Of a DNA stretch of 64,000 nucleotides, positions 9,355 to 17,758 are shown one piece after another. Each line of letters begins with the position of its first letter. The stretch's first letter is position 1. Origin of the DNA: Sediminibacterium sp. GTDB taxonomy: Bacteria; Bacteroidota; Bacteroidia; Chitinophagales; Chitinophagaceae. The stretch covers positions 38,297 to 102,296 of the forward strand of contig JBAXPJ010000003.1 of NCBI GenBank assembly GCA_037132335.1, read 5' to 3'. The notes beneath the pieces were generated by a model that saw only the letters and a list, made by a program, of their open reading frames with translations, was not told the origin of the DNA and made no database searches. Position numbers and translations under genes: made by a program.

Positions 9355-10485
9355 TTATTTTAATTCGATGGATAATGCGGTTAAAAAAAGATCAGCTTCT
9401 TTTTGTGTGATGTTTAGTGCAGGCAATAAACGTATCACATTTGGTTTGGCTTCTCCTGTAAAAATATGGTGATTAAACAATAGGTTCTTCTTTACTTCTT
9501 TTAATGCTTCTGGTAATTCAATGCCAATCATTAAACCCCTACCTCTCACTTCTTTAATATTTGGTAGCATTTTTAATTCTTTCATTAAGTACGCTCCAAC
9601 TTTTGCAGCATTGGCCATTAGTGCATCTTGTTCCATAATTTCAAGTACTGCAAGTGCTGCAGCGCATGCTAAATGGTTGCCGCCAAAAGTGGTACCCAAC
9701 ATATAATGCTTGGCTTGAATTTTTGGAGAGATAGAAATTCCTGCAACAGGAAATCCATTACCCATGCCTTTTGCCATAGAATAAATATCTGCAGCTACAC
9801 CGCTGTGGTCGTGCGCATAAAATTTACCGGTTCTGCCATATCCGCATTGTACACTATCTGCAATAAAAACCGCATTGTATTGGTCGCATAATCTACGAAT
9901 GGCTTGTAAAAATTCATCGGTTGCAATATTAATTCCACCAACACCTTGAATCCCTTCTATAATTACGGAACTCACTTCGTTGCCATAGTTTTCAAAATAG
10001 GCTTCTAATGCAGCAGTATTATTGAAGGGTAAAAAAACTACATTATCGGTTTGATTAACAGGTGCAACAATATTTGGATTATCTGTTACAGCAACTGCCA
10101 AGGATGTTCTGCCATGAAAGGCCTTTGTAAATGCAACTATTTTTTTACGACCATTGTAAAACGAAGCAGCTTTTAGTGCATTCTCATTTGCTTCGGCGCC
10201 GCTATTACATAAAAACAATTGGTAATTTTCTTTACCACTAATATCGCCGAGTTTTGCGGCTAATTCTTCTTGAATAGGTATGCGAATAGAGTTCGAATAA
10301 AAACCTAGTTTATTTAATTGATCGGTGACTCTTTTTACATAATGAGGATGTGTATGGCCAATAGAAATTACCGCATGACCGCCGTATAGGTCTAGGTATT
10401 CTTGTCCTTTATCGTCCCAAACATAAGAGCCAGAGGCTTTGTTAATAGTGATATTATTAATAGGGTATACGTCAAATAGTTTCAT
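9355..10485 (-). CDS. argD: Acetylornithine/succinylornithine aminotransferase (class III PLP)
   Basis: NSGAEANE, FHGRT, DSVQCGYGRTG, AKGMGNG, GTTFGGN. Confidence 0.92.
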   Translation of the reverse strand: MKLFDVYPINNITINKASGSYVWDDKGQEYLDLYGGHAVISIGHTHPHYVKRVTDQLNKLGFYSNSIRIPIQEELAAKLGDISGKENYQLFLCNSGAEANENALKAASFYNGRKKIVAFTKAFHGRTSLAVAVTDNPNIVAPVNQTDNVVFLPFNNTAALEAYFENYGNEVSSVIIEGIQGVGGINIATDEFLQAIRRLCDQYNAVFIADSVQCGYGRTGKFYAHDHSGVAADIYSMAKGMGNGFPVAGISISPKIQAKHYMLGTTFGGNHLACAAALAVLEIMEQDALMANAAKVGAYLMKELKMLPNIKEVRGRGLMIGIELPEALKEVKKNLLFNHHIFTGEAKPNVIRLLPALNITQKEADLFLTALSIELK

Positions 10486-10554
10486 GGTAATAATTTTGTG
10501 TTCATAAAATTCAATAGCAATTTATTTATGGCAAACCACCTAGCATTTATTGAG

Positions 10555-11577
10555 CTAAAAATAGTTTGCCTTAAGTCGCAATCCGGTATGCTCGTTGAAT
10601 CCGTATAGTAAATTCATATTTTGAACTGCTTGTCCTGAAGCGCCTTTTAATAAATTGTCAATAGCAGAATGAATGGCAATTTTATTGCCTTGTTTTTCTA
10701 TATGAATCAAACATTTATTGGTATTCACTACTTGCTTTAAATCAATCATGGTTTCACTAACATGCGTAAAAGCAGCATCTGCATAAAAGGACTGGAATAA
10801 ATCAATTACAGCATCAAATGAAAGCGTAGATTTTGTTACACTTGTAACATAAATACCTCTTGTAAAATCTCCACGCCAAGGAACAAAATTTATTAACTCG
10901 TCTGTTTGTAATATTTGCCCAGAAACTTGGTGCAAGGATTGTCTTATTTCGTGTAAGTGTTGGTGTTGTAAAGTTTTATAAGCCGAAATATTATTGGCCC
11001 TCCAACTAAAATGCGAAGTGCTACTCAAACCTTGACCAGCACCTGTTGAACCAGTAATGCCCGTGGTATAGACTTCATCAAGTTTATTTGCTTTTGCAAG
11101 TGGTAATAATCCTAACTGTATGGCTGTTGCAAAACAACCTGGATTAGCAATATTATTAGCAGACTGAATAGCAGTTTTATTTAGCTCAGGTAATCCGTAA
11201 ATAAATTCTTTGCCTGCAATAGCGCCAGCATTTGGCAACAGTCTAAAATCTTGCGAAAGGTCAATGATTTTAATATGATTGGCAATAGGGTTTGCTTGTA
11301 AAAATTTATGGGCATCGCCGTGTCCTACACATAAAAACAATACATCTATGTTGGTACTAAGTTCAGAAGCAAAAATCAAATCTGTATCACCTAAAAGATC
11401 GTTATGTACTTTGTAAACAGGCTCACCAGCATTGCTTTTGCTATGAATGAATTGGATGTTTACCTGCGGATGGTTTAATAGTAACCGAATCAATTCGCCA
11501 CCTGTGTAACCAGCGCCGCCAACAATACCTACTTTAATAATTGCTTGGGTGTTTGTATGGTTGGTTGCTTTTTCCAT
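10555..11577 (-). CDS. argC: N-acetyl-gamma-glutamyl-phosphate reductase
   Basis: GGAGYTGGEL, IANPGCFAT, DNLLKGASGQAVQNMN. Confidence 0.95.
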   Translation of the reverse strand: MEKATNHTNTQAIIKVGIVGGAGYTGGELIRLLLNHPQVNIQFIHSKSNAGEPVYKVHNDLLGDTDLIFASELSTNIDVLFLCVGHGDAHKFLQANPIANHIKIIDLSQDFRLLPNAGAIAGKEFIYGLPELNKTAIQSANNIANPGCFATAIQLGLLPLAKANKLDEVYTTGITGSTGAGQGLSSTSHFSWRANNISAYKTLQHQHLHEIRQSLHQVSGQILQTDELINFVPWRGDFTRGIYVTSVTKSTLSFDAVIDLFQSFYADAAFTHVSETMIDLKQVVNTNKCLIHIEKQGNKIAIHSAIDNLLKGASGQAVQNMNLLYGFNEHTGLRLKANYF

Positions 11578-11618
11578 TGTAAAATAGTTTTCCTTGCCTG
11601 TTTATTAGAAAGGGTAAT

Positions 11619-12818
11619 TTATGAGCTTTGATTCACTTTATGCCAGATAGAGGTTTGATTGCCAAATATTTTACTAAATCCGCGAACATCTTCTCCAGTA
11701 AACCCTGTATTCATTTCACCGTATTTACCAAATTTGCTATTCATTAAATCGAAAGCAGATTCAATACCAATAATATGGAAACGGTAAGGTAGCATTTGTA
11801 CAAATACATCGCCAGTTACATTTTGCTGGCTATTGGTTAAATAGGCTTCTATATCACGCATTACAGGATCTAAAATTTGACCTTCGTGTAACCAGTTGCC
11901 ATAGAATTGACTCAATTGGTCTTTCCAACCCAACTGCCATTTGGTTAAAATATGTTTTTCAAGTGCATGGTGTGCTTTCAAAATAACCATTGGCGCAGCA
12001 GCTTCAAAACCAACACGGCCTTTAATGCCAATAATGGTATCGCCTACATGAATATCTCTTCCCAAACCATAGGCACCTGCAATGGTTTGTAAATATTGAA
12101 TGGCTTTTGTTGGATGGTCGAATGTTTGATCGTCAACGCCAGTTAACTCTCCTTTTTCAAAATGCAGTTTTACTTCTTTGCTATCTGTAGCCGTTACTTG
12201 TGTTGGCCAAGCAGATTCTGGTAAAATTCCTTTTGAATTCAGGGTTTCTTTTCCGCCAACACTAGTACCCCAGAGGCCTTTGTTAATCGAGTACATTGAT
12301 TTCTCGAAATTCATGTTTACGCCCTTGCCCTTTAGGTAAGCAATTTCATCTTCTCTACTCAATTTTAAATCACGAATAGGGGTAATGATTTCTACACCCG
12401 CAATTAAAATATGAAAAATCATATCGAACCTTACTTGGTCGTTTCCAGCACCAGTACTACCGTGTGCAACTGCATCTGCGTTTAATTTTTTTGCGTGTTC
12501 TGCAATATGTAAAGCTTGGCTCAATCGCTCGGCACTTACGCTCAATGGATAGGTATTATTTTTTAATACATTTCCATAAATCAAATATTTTATAATGCTG
12601 TCGTAGTATGACTTTACAGCGTTTACTGTGGTATGTGTTTTTACACCTAATGCATAAGCATGTTGTTCAATTTGCAACAATTCTTCGTCGGTAAATCCAC
12701 CTGTATTTACAATAATACTATGTACTTCATAGCCTTTGTCTTCACTTAAATATTTCACACAAAAAGTGGTGTCTAATCCGCCACTAAAACCTAGTACAAC
12801 TTTCTTAACCTCGCTCAT
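11619..12818 (-). CDS. argG: Argininosuccinate synthase
   Basis: FSGGLDT, HGSTGAGNDQVRF, GIKGRVGFEA. Confidence 0.96.
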   Translation of the reverse strand: MSEVKKVVLGFSGGLDTTFCVKYLSEDKGYEVHSIIVNTGGFTDEELLQIEQHAYALGVKTHTTVNAVKSYYDSIIKYLIYGNVLKNNTYPLSVSAERLSQALHIAEHAKKLNADAVAHGSTGAGNDQVRFDMIFHILIAGVEIITPIRDLKLSREDEIAYLKGKGVNMNFEKSMYSINKGLWGTSVGGKETLNSKGILPESAWPTQVTATDSKEVKLHFEKGELTGVDDQTFDHPTKAIQYLQTIAGAYGLGRDIHVGDTIIGIKGRVGFEAAAPMVILKAHHALEKHILTKWQLGWKDQLSQFYGNWLHEGQILDPVMRDIEAYLTNSQQNVTGDVFVQMLPYRFHIIGIESAFDLMNSKFGKYGEMNTGFTGEDVRGFSKIFGNQTSIWHKVNQSS

Positions 12819-12827
12819 ATAGTAGTA

Positions 12828-13544
12828 TTATAAATTAAATAATTGGGTGAAAAAGGATTTTGGTTTAATCGCACCGCCACCATTATTTCTAGCTTGTTTT
12901 TTTCTAAAAATTCCCATCAAACGACTCTGTTTTATTTTCATAAAACGTTCGTACAATTTTGATTTTTGTTTGAATTCTTGTGCTGTTTCTTCGGGCTTTA
13001 AATGATCTGCAGGATCGTACAACATAGCAGTACACATACAGTTCTTTCTATCCTTACTCATTAATATTTCGTAGTTCACACAGCTTTTACATCCTGCCCA
13101 AAATTCTTCATCGTCGGTTAGTTCGCTATAAGTAACAGGTTCGTACCCAAGGTCGCTATTGATTTTCATCACAGCCAATCCTGTTGTAAGCCCGAATATT
13201 TTAGAGGCAGGATACATTTCACGCGAAAGGTTGAATATTTTATGCTTGATGGTTTTTGCTACTCCGCTTTTCCGATATTCTGGAGAAACGATTAGTCCAC
13301 TATTGGCCACAAATTTTCCATGGCCCCAGGCTTCAATATAGCAGAATCCTACCCATTGTCCTAAACGAGTAACAGCAATAACCGCTTTGCCATCTAATAT
13401 TTTTGCCGCAACATATTCTGGAGACCTTTTAGCAATGCCTGTGCCTCTAGCTTTGGCCGATGATTCCATTTCATCGGTGATGCGTTGTGCAAAATGTGTA
13501 TCAAGGTAAGTGGCTACCCTGACAATGATTTCCTTATTTTCCAA
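12828..13544 (-). CDS. GNAT acyltransferase, putative short ArgA (N-acylglutamate synthase)
   Basis: GNAT motif A (VSPEYRKSGVA), FWAGCKSC; first gene of the arg operon; TTG start preceded by an in-frame TAG. Confidence 0.75.
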   Translation of the reverse strand: MENKEIIVRVATYLDTHFAQRITDEMESSAKARGTGIAKRSPEYVAAKILDGKAVIAVTRLGQWVGFCYIEAWGHGKFVANSGLIVSPEYRKSGVAKTIKHKIFNLSREMYPASKIFGLTTGLAVMKINSDLGYEPVTYSELTDDEEFWAGCKSCVNYEILMSKDRKNCMCTAMLYDPADHLKPEETAQEFKQKSKLYERFMKIKQSRLMGIFRKKQARNNGGGAIKPKSFFTQLFNL

Positions 13545-13611
13545 CTAGTAAAAATTATGAGTGTAAACAGAAAACACGTATCATGTAGAATGAGTCATTG
13601 GGGATTTTCCA

Positions 13612-13647
13612 CTGATAGGGGCAAGTGCCAGTTGCTCGTCCTATCAG
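13612..13647 (-). promoter_or_regulatory. Leader hairpin overlapping the stop codon of the putative arg leader peptide
   Basis: CTGATAGG...CCTATCAG 8-bp stem with further CGAG/CTTG pairing. Confidence 0.6.
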
Positions 13648-13754
13648 AAACCGCGTCGGGGTCTCGGTAAACTATTGAAGGCAGATACCATTGAAAACAC
13701 TGTTGAAAGTGTGGTCAAATGTAAGTGTGGTATATGGTTTGTCAACTGCTTCAA
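13644..13754 (-). CDS. Putative arg-operon leader peptide, 36 aa (MKQLTNHIPHLHLTTLSTVFSMVSAFNSLPRPRRGF); alternative ATG at 13691 gives 15 aa
   Basis: Hand-translated. Lies between the promoter element at 13782-13789 and the first arg gene; its only Arg codons (AGA, CGA, CGC) cluster just before the stop. Confidence 0.6.
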   Translation of the reverse strand: MKQLTNHIPHLHLTTLSTVFSMVSAFNSLPRPRRGF

Positions 13755-13781
13755 TGCAAATAGGTTTTTTCTTTGAGGGCT

Positions 13782-13789
13782 CAAAAGTA
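13782..13789 (-). promoter_or_regulatory. -7 promoter element (TACTTTTG) of the arg operon
   Basis: TAnnTTTG consensus downstream of the terminator of the previous gene. Confidence 0.65.
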
Positions 13790-13855
13790 AATAAGTTTGA
13801 TAGAATATCCCGTAATTTTTTTGTTAAATAGGGCTTGAAACCCTTTGAAATGGTC

Positions 13856-13894
13856 AAAAAAAGAATAGCCGCACTTAAAAAGGACGGCTATTCT
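13856..13894 (-). terminator. Intrinsic terminator after the outer-membrane protein gene
   Basis: AGAATAGCCG/CGGCTATTCT stem followed by a T run on the minus strand. Confidence 0.8.
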
Positions 13895-13918
13895 AAATAT
13901 TTTCAGCTCTTATGTATC

Positions 13919-16768
13919 TTAATCCATTCCACCGCCGCCTCTGCTGAAACCACCACCGCCGCCACCGCCACGGTCAAATCCACCGCCGCCGCTACCTCTG
14001 TCGTAACCGCCGCCTCTCATCATATCCATGCCACCTCTAGATCTGTTATCACCTCTTCTTCCACCTGTATCACCAAACCTGCGTAGGTTATAAGTGAAAC
14101 TAATCATGAAGTATCTTTTAAGCACTTTGGTTTGAACGTCTTGAATGCTATTACCAGAAACTGTTCTACTAATGCTCACATTTTGATTTAGTAAATCAAA
14201 TACATAGAACTTTAATTCTGCTTCTTTCTTTTTGCCCATTTGTCTTGAGAAACTAGCATTCCATAAAGGAATTGCGGTATTATATCCTGCACTTTGACCT
14301 GTGTTGATGATATAGTCAAAATCAGATGATGCTACCCAACCACTCTTAGTATAATAGGTTGCTTCAGCTCTTAAATTTTGGGTAAAATAATCGGCATTTT
14401 GTTGCGGTTGCAAAGAATATCTAGCATACGTAAAAGAAGAATTCGAAGAGAAGTTCATATCGAAATTGTCTTTCAAATTGGTGGTCCAAGAAACCCTACC
14501 GCCTAATACAGAGTTTTTCGTGAAATTGCTCTGTGCATTGATTAAATTTTGACTTTCATTGTGCGAGATATTTGCAGTGAAATTCATATTGCTTTTAGGG
14601 TTGCGAATAGGAAATCCATAGTTAAAATAACTCGAAAGACTATAGGTGCCATTCAAGTTAACAGGTTGTGTAATCTGTGCACCATTAGCAAGTACTGTTA
14701 CAGAGTTTTGAATATCGTTTTGTGTAACACTTGCATTGATTGTAGCAAAAAAGTTTCTTTGTGTAAACACATCAAATGATGAATAAAGTAATCTCATTGA
14801 GTGTGCCATTTGTTGCTTCAATGCAGGATTACCCATTGTAATATTCAGCGGATTGCTATTGTCTGAAATGGGTTGTAACTGTGTAGCACTTGGCTGAGAA
14901 GTACGTCCCATATAGTTTACACGCAAACTTTTAGATTTGGTAAACTCATAACGGAAAGTAGCTGTAGGAAACATATTTACATAATGCTGATTAATAGCAC
15001 TGTCTTTGGTTTTATTTAAGCTATTTAAATCACCAAATTGTACGCCAGAACCAACACTAAAGCTTAGTTGCTTTTGTTGAATACGGTAACTGATAGTTCC
15101 TCTATCTGAATTATAAGTATTCTCGAACGTATTGCTCAAATTAGCAACAGCTAAATCGTATTTACTAGTTAATTTATTATAACCTAATGTTTGTTTACCA
15201 TTTGTAGTTATACTATAGGAGTGGTTATAAGCAAATTCTAACAATTGATTTTTACCAATAGGTTCGGTATATGAAACAGTAGTATTGATGTTTCTTGCAT
15301 CGTTATTACTGGTATTAATTTGGTTAATGGTATCTACCCTGTTTTGTGTAAAATATTGGTTGATAGATTTATTTGTTCCGCTTCCATCGCTATTACTTCC
15401 ACCAAAAACTACTCCAAGTGAATAGGTTCTGCCTTTTTTAGCAAAACGGTGTCTGAAAGTTGCGTCCATAGTTCCATTGTAACCATCGCTTAATGAAGTG
15501 GTTTTTGCAACTGAATTATTTAAATTCAATTTTCCTTTTGTTGATGCGGTGGTTTGGTCTGATTCATTATCGGAATGCGTAAAACTAATATTCGGTCTAA
15601 GAATCATTGAATTACTAGAATCAAACTGAGATTCAATATTAAAATTGATACGATTGTTTGCACTATGTCTAACAGCAGAAGAAACGTTATTACTCAAATT
15701 CGATGAATCTGCATTGCCGTTTACAAGGGTTTGTGTGTGACTATTTTGATCGGTGTAGGTTTTTTGGTCGTTATAAAAATAACTACCATAAGCTTGGGTT
15801 TTTGTGCCCCAGTTATTTCGGTAATTCAAACCAGCTGCCCATGTATTTACCATACCTGATCCGCCACCAGCACCTCCACGGCCACCATTTGAACCACCTC
15901 CGCCGCCTTGACCACCAGTGAAATTTTGTTTATTTACATTATTGCCTTGGCCAATTAAAGTAATTTGTTTGTCTCCATCATATTTGCTTAGGTTCAAACT
16001 ATTGTCATTTACTCCTTCATCACCAGTGCTACCACCGCCAACTACTGCTTTTCCAAAATATCCTTTACGCTTATCTTTTCTTGTGGTGATATTAATTGTT
16101 TTTACCCTGTTACCATCATCAAAGCCGGTGAAGGAACTTTGGTCACTCATCGCATCGTATACTTGAATTTTGTCAATGATATCTGGAGGAATGTTTTTGG
16201 TTGCCATTTTTGGATCATCTCCAAAAAAACGTTTTCCATCAACCAAAACCCTTTGTACGGTTTCTCCTTGTGCTTTGATGCTACCATCTGTACCTACTTC
16301 TAAACCAGGTAGTTTTTTTAACAAGTCTTCTGCAACCGCATTTGGTTTGGTTTTAAAGCTTGACGCATTAAACTCAGTAGTATCTCCTTTAATTCTAATT
16401 GGGGATTGTGTGACTGTTACATTACCTAAATCATTGGCACTTTGCACCAAAAAAATGGTTCCTAGGTTAATGTCGGGTTTTGATTTACTAGGGCTAATCT
16501 TTTTACTGTAAGAGGTATAACTCTGAAAACTCACTTGAATGATCAAATCTGTGAATGGTAGATTTTTTAAATCAAAGCTTCCGTCAGTTTTTGCTAGGCC
16601 AAATACCTCTAAAGTAGAGTCTTTGGCATCAATGACAGTAACAGTGGCATCTTTTAATGACTGTTTGCTTAAAGAATCAATTAAAATACCTTTAACTGAT
16701 CCTGAATTTTGCGCCATTGCAGAAATGGAAACAAAGCTGAGTAGAACGAGAATATATAAATTACGCAT
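13919..16768 (-). CDS. Outer-membrane beta-barrel / TonB-receptor-like protein with N-terminal carboxypeptidase-regulatory-like domain
   Basis: Signal peptide, KGDTTEFNA, EDLLKKLPG, VDGKRFFGDDP, GNPALK, terminal strand YFMISFTYNL followed by a Gly/Arg-rich tail. Confidence 0.85.
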   Translation of the reverse strand: MRNLYILVLLSFVSISAMAQNSGSVKGILIDSLSKQSLKDATVTVIDAKDSTLEVFGLAKTDGSFDLKNLPFTDLIIQVSFQSYTSYSKKISPSKSKPDINLGTIFLVQSANDLGNVTVTQSPIRIKGDTTEFNASSFKTKPNAVAEDLLKKLPGLEVGTDGSIKAQGETVQRVLVDGKRFFGDDPKMATKNIPPDIIDKIQVYDAMSDQSSFTGFDDGNRVKTINITTRKDKRKGYFGKAVVGGGSTGDEGVNDNSLNLSKYDGDKQITLIGQGNNVNKQNFTGGQGGGGGSNGGRGGAGGGSGMVNTWAAGLNYRNNWGTKTQAYGSYFYNDQKTYTDQNSHTQTLVNGNADSSNLSNNVSSAVRHSANNRINFNIESQFDSSNSMILRPNISFTHSDNESDQTTASTKGKLNLNNSVAKTTSLSDGYNGTMDATFRHRFAKKGRTYSLGVVFGGSNSDGSGTNKSINQYFTQNRVDTINQINTSNNDARNINTTVSYTEPIGKNQLLEFAYNHSYSITTNGKQTLGYNKLTSKYDLAVANLSNTFENTYNSDRGTISYRIQQKQLSFSVGSGVQFGDLNSLNKTKDSAINQHYVNMFPTATFRYEFTKSKSLRVNYMGRTSQPSATQLQPISDNSNPLNITMGNPALKQQMAHSMRLLYSSFDVFTQRNFFATINASVTQNDIQNSVTVLANGAQITQPVNLNGTYSLSSYFNYGFPIRNPKSNMNFTANISHNESQNLINAQSNFTKNSVLGGRVSWTTNLKDNFDMNFSSNSSFTYARYSLQPQQNADYFTQNLRAEATYYTKSGWVASSDFDYIINTGQSAGYNTAIPLWNASFSRQMGKKKEAELKFYVFDLLNQNVSISRTVSGNSIQDVQTKVLKRYFMISFTYNLRRFGDTGGRRGDNRSRGGMDMMRGGGYDRGSGGGGFDRGGGGGGGFSRGGGGMD

Positions 16769-16786
16769 AGTCTAGGTTATTATAAA

Positions 16787-16794
16787 CAAAGCTA
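16787..16794 (-). promoter_or_regulatory. -7 promoter element (TAGCTTTG)
   Basis: TAnnTTTG about 19 nt upstream of the ATG at 16768. Confidence 0.55.
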
Positions 16795-16957
16795 GTTTGC
16801 TTATTGAATGGGTTTTTAATATTGTTAACCAACGGCAAGCTAACAGGATAGTTGGAAAAGGGTGTTTAAAAATCGGTGAACGGATAGCTGATATAGGCAA
16901 GAGTATTGAATTGTAAATATATGCGCCTGCTCATAAAGGGTTTATTTACGTTTATGT

Positions 16958-16965
16958 TATATTTG
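16958..16965 (+). promoter_or_regulatory. -7 promoter element (TATATTTG) for the uORF/TonB receptor operon
   Basis: TAnnTTTG 22 nt upstream of the TTG at 16988. Confidence 0.6.
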
Positions 16966-16987
16966 CAAAACAGCTGAATTTCAACGC

Positions 16988-17356
16988 TTGAAACCAATTT
17001 TAACCTTATTAATATTAGTGGCTTTTATAGCGCAGACCTTTAATCAGGCCTCAATTGTGGCGCGTTATTATGTAAATACTGCTGCATTTGCAAAAAACTG
17101 CGAGAATAAGGCAAAACCACAAATGCATTGTAATGGAAAGTGTCAAATGATGAAGCAATTACAAAAAGCTTCAAAAAATGACCAACAAGCACCAGAAAAA
17201 TCAAGAAATGCTAAGAACGAAGTTCTTTCGTCTAAATCATTTTTTGCAAGTATTCAATTTTTTCGGTTATCATCTCCTATTCATTTTAACAAATACCAAG
17301 TTCAAAAATTACCATCCATTCCTACTGTAATTTTTCATCCGCCATGGGCTGCTTAG
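16988..17356 (+). CDS. Small membrane-targeted Cys-motif protein ending in IFHPP; putative regulatory uORF / arrest peptide
   Basis: N-terminal hydrophobic helix, C38-x9-C48-x3-C52 (CENKAKPQMHCNGKC), C-terminal IFHPPWAA*; precedes a TonB receptor. Confidence 0.75.
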   Translation: MKPILTLLILVAFIAQTFNQASIVARYYVNTAAFAKNCENKAKPQMHCNGKCQMMKQLQKASKNDQQAPEKSRNAKNEVLSSKSFFASIQFFRLSSPIHFNKYQVQKLPSIPTVIFHPPWAA

Positions 17357-17758
17357 GTATCAAGTAGTATAAAATTTCTGCTTATTTAAGTGTTTTGATA
17401 AATAAAACAAAGATTTTTTGCTTATAAAAGCAAAAAACGACTGTATTATTTAGTGGTCATTTTTGAGTTATCAATTTGAAAAAAAATACAAAGACCTTGG
17501 TATAATAAATAATTGATGTTTTTACAACTTTTGTAAGCTAAAAATTAGATATGTATTTTAAACATTGATTTTATTAATATTCATTAAGCCAAGACTAGGA
17601 AGTTGAGCCACTATTTTCTATCAACTTTTGTGTTGTCTTATTTATAAAAAATCATTTAACAAATCAGTCTTTTTTAACGGCTAATAATTCATTAACCAAT
17701 ATTTTATAATATTTCAACGCTCATTTCATCAAAACTATTTAGCGTTTAATTCATATAT

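Noticed and set aside
13672-13857. 61-aa minus-strand ORF in the arg leader region
   Set aside because: It starts upstream of the promoter element, at the terminator T run, and has no Arg cluster; the overlapping frame ending PRPRRGF fits better.
13835-14086. 83-aa Ala/Thr-rich plus-strand ORF and apparent GCC/ACC tandem repeats
   Set aside because: Antisense shadow of the Gly codons in the barrel protein tail; not a repeat array or CRISPR.
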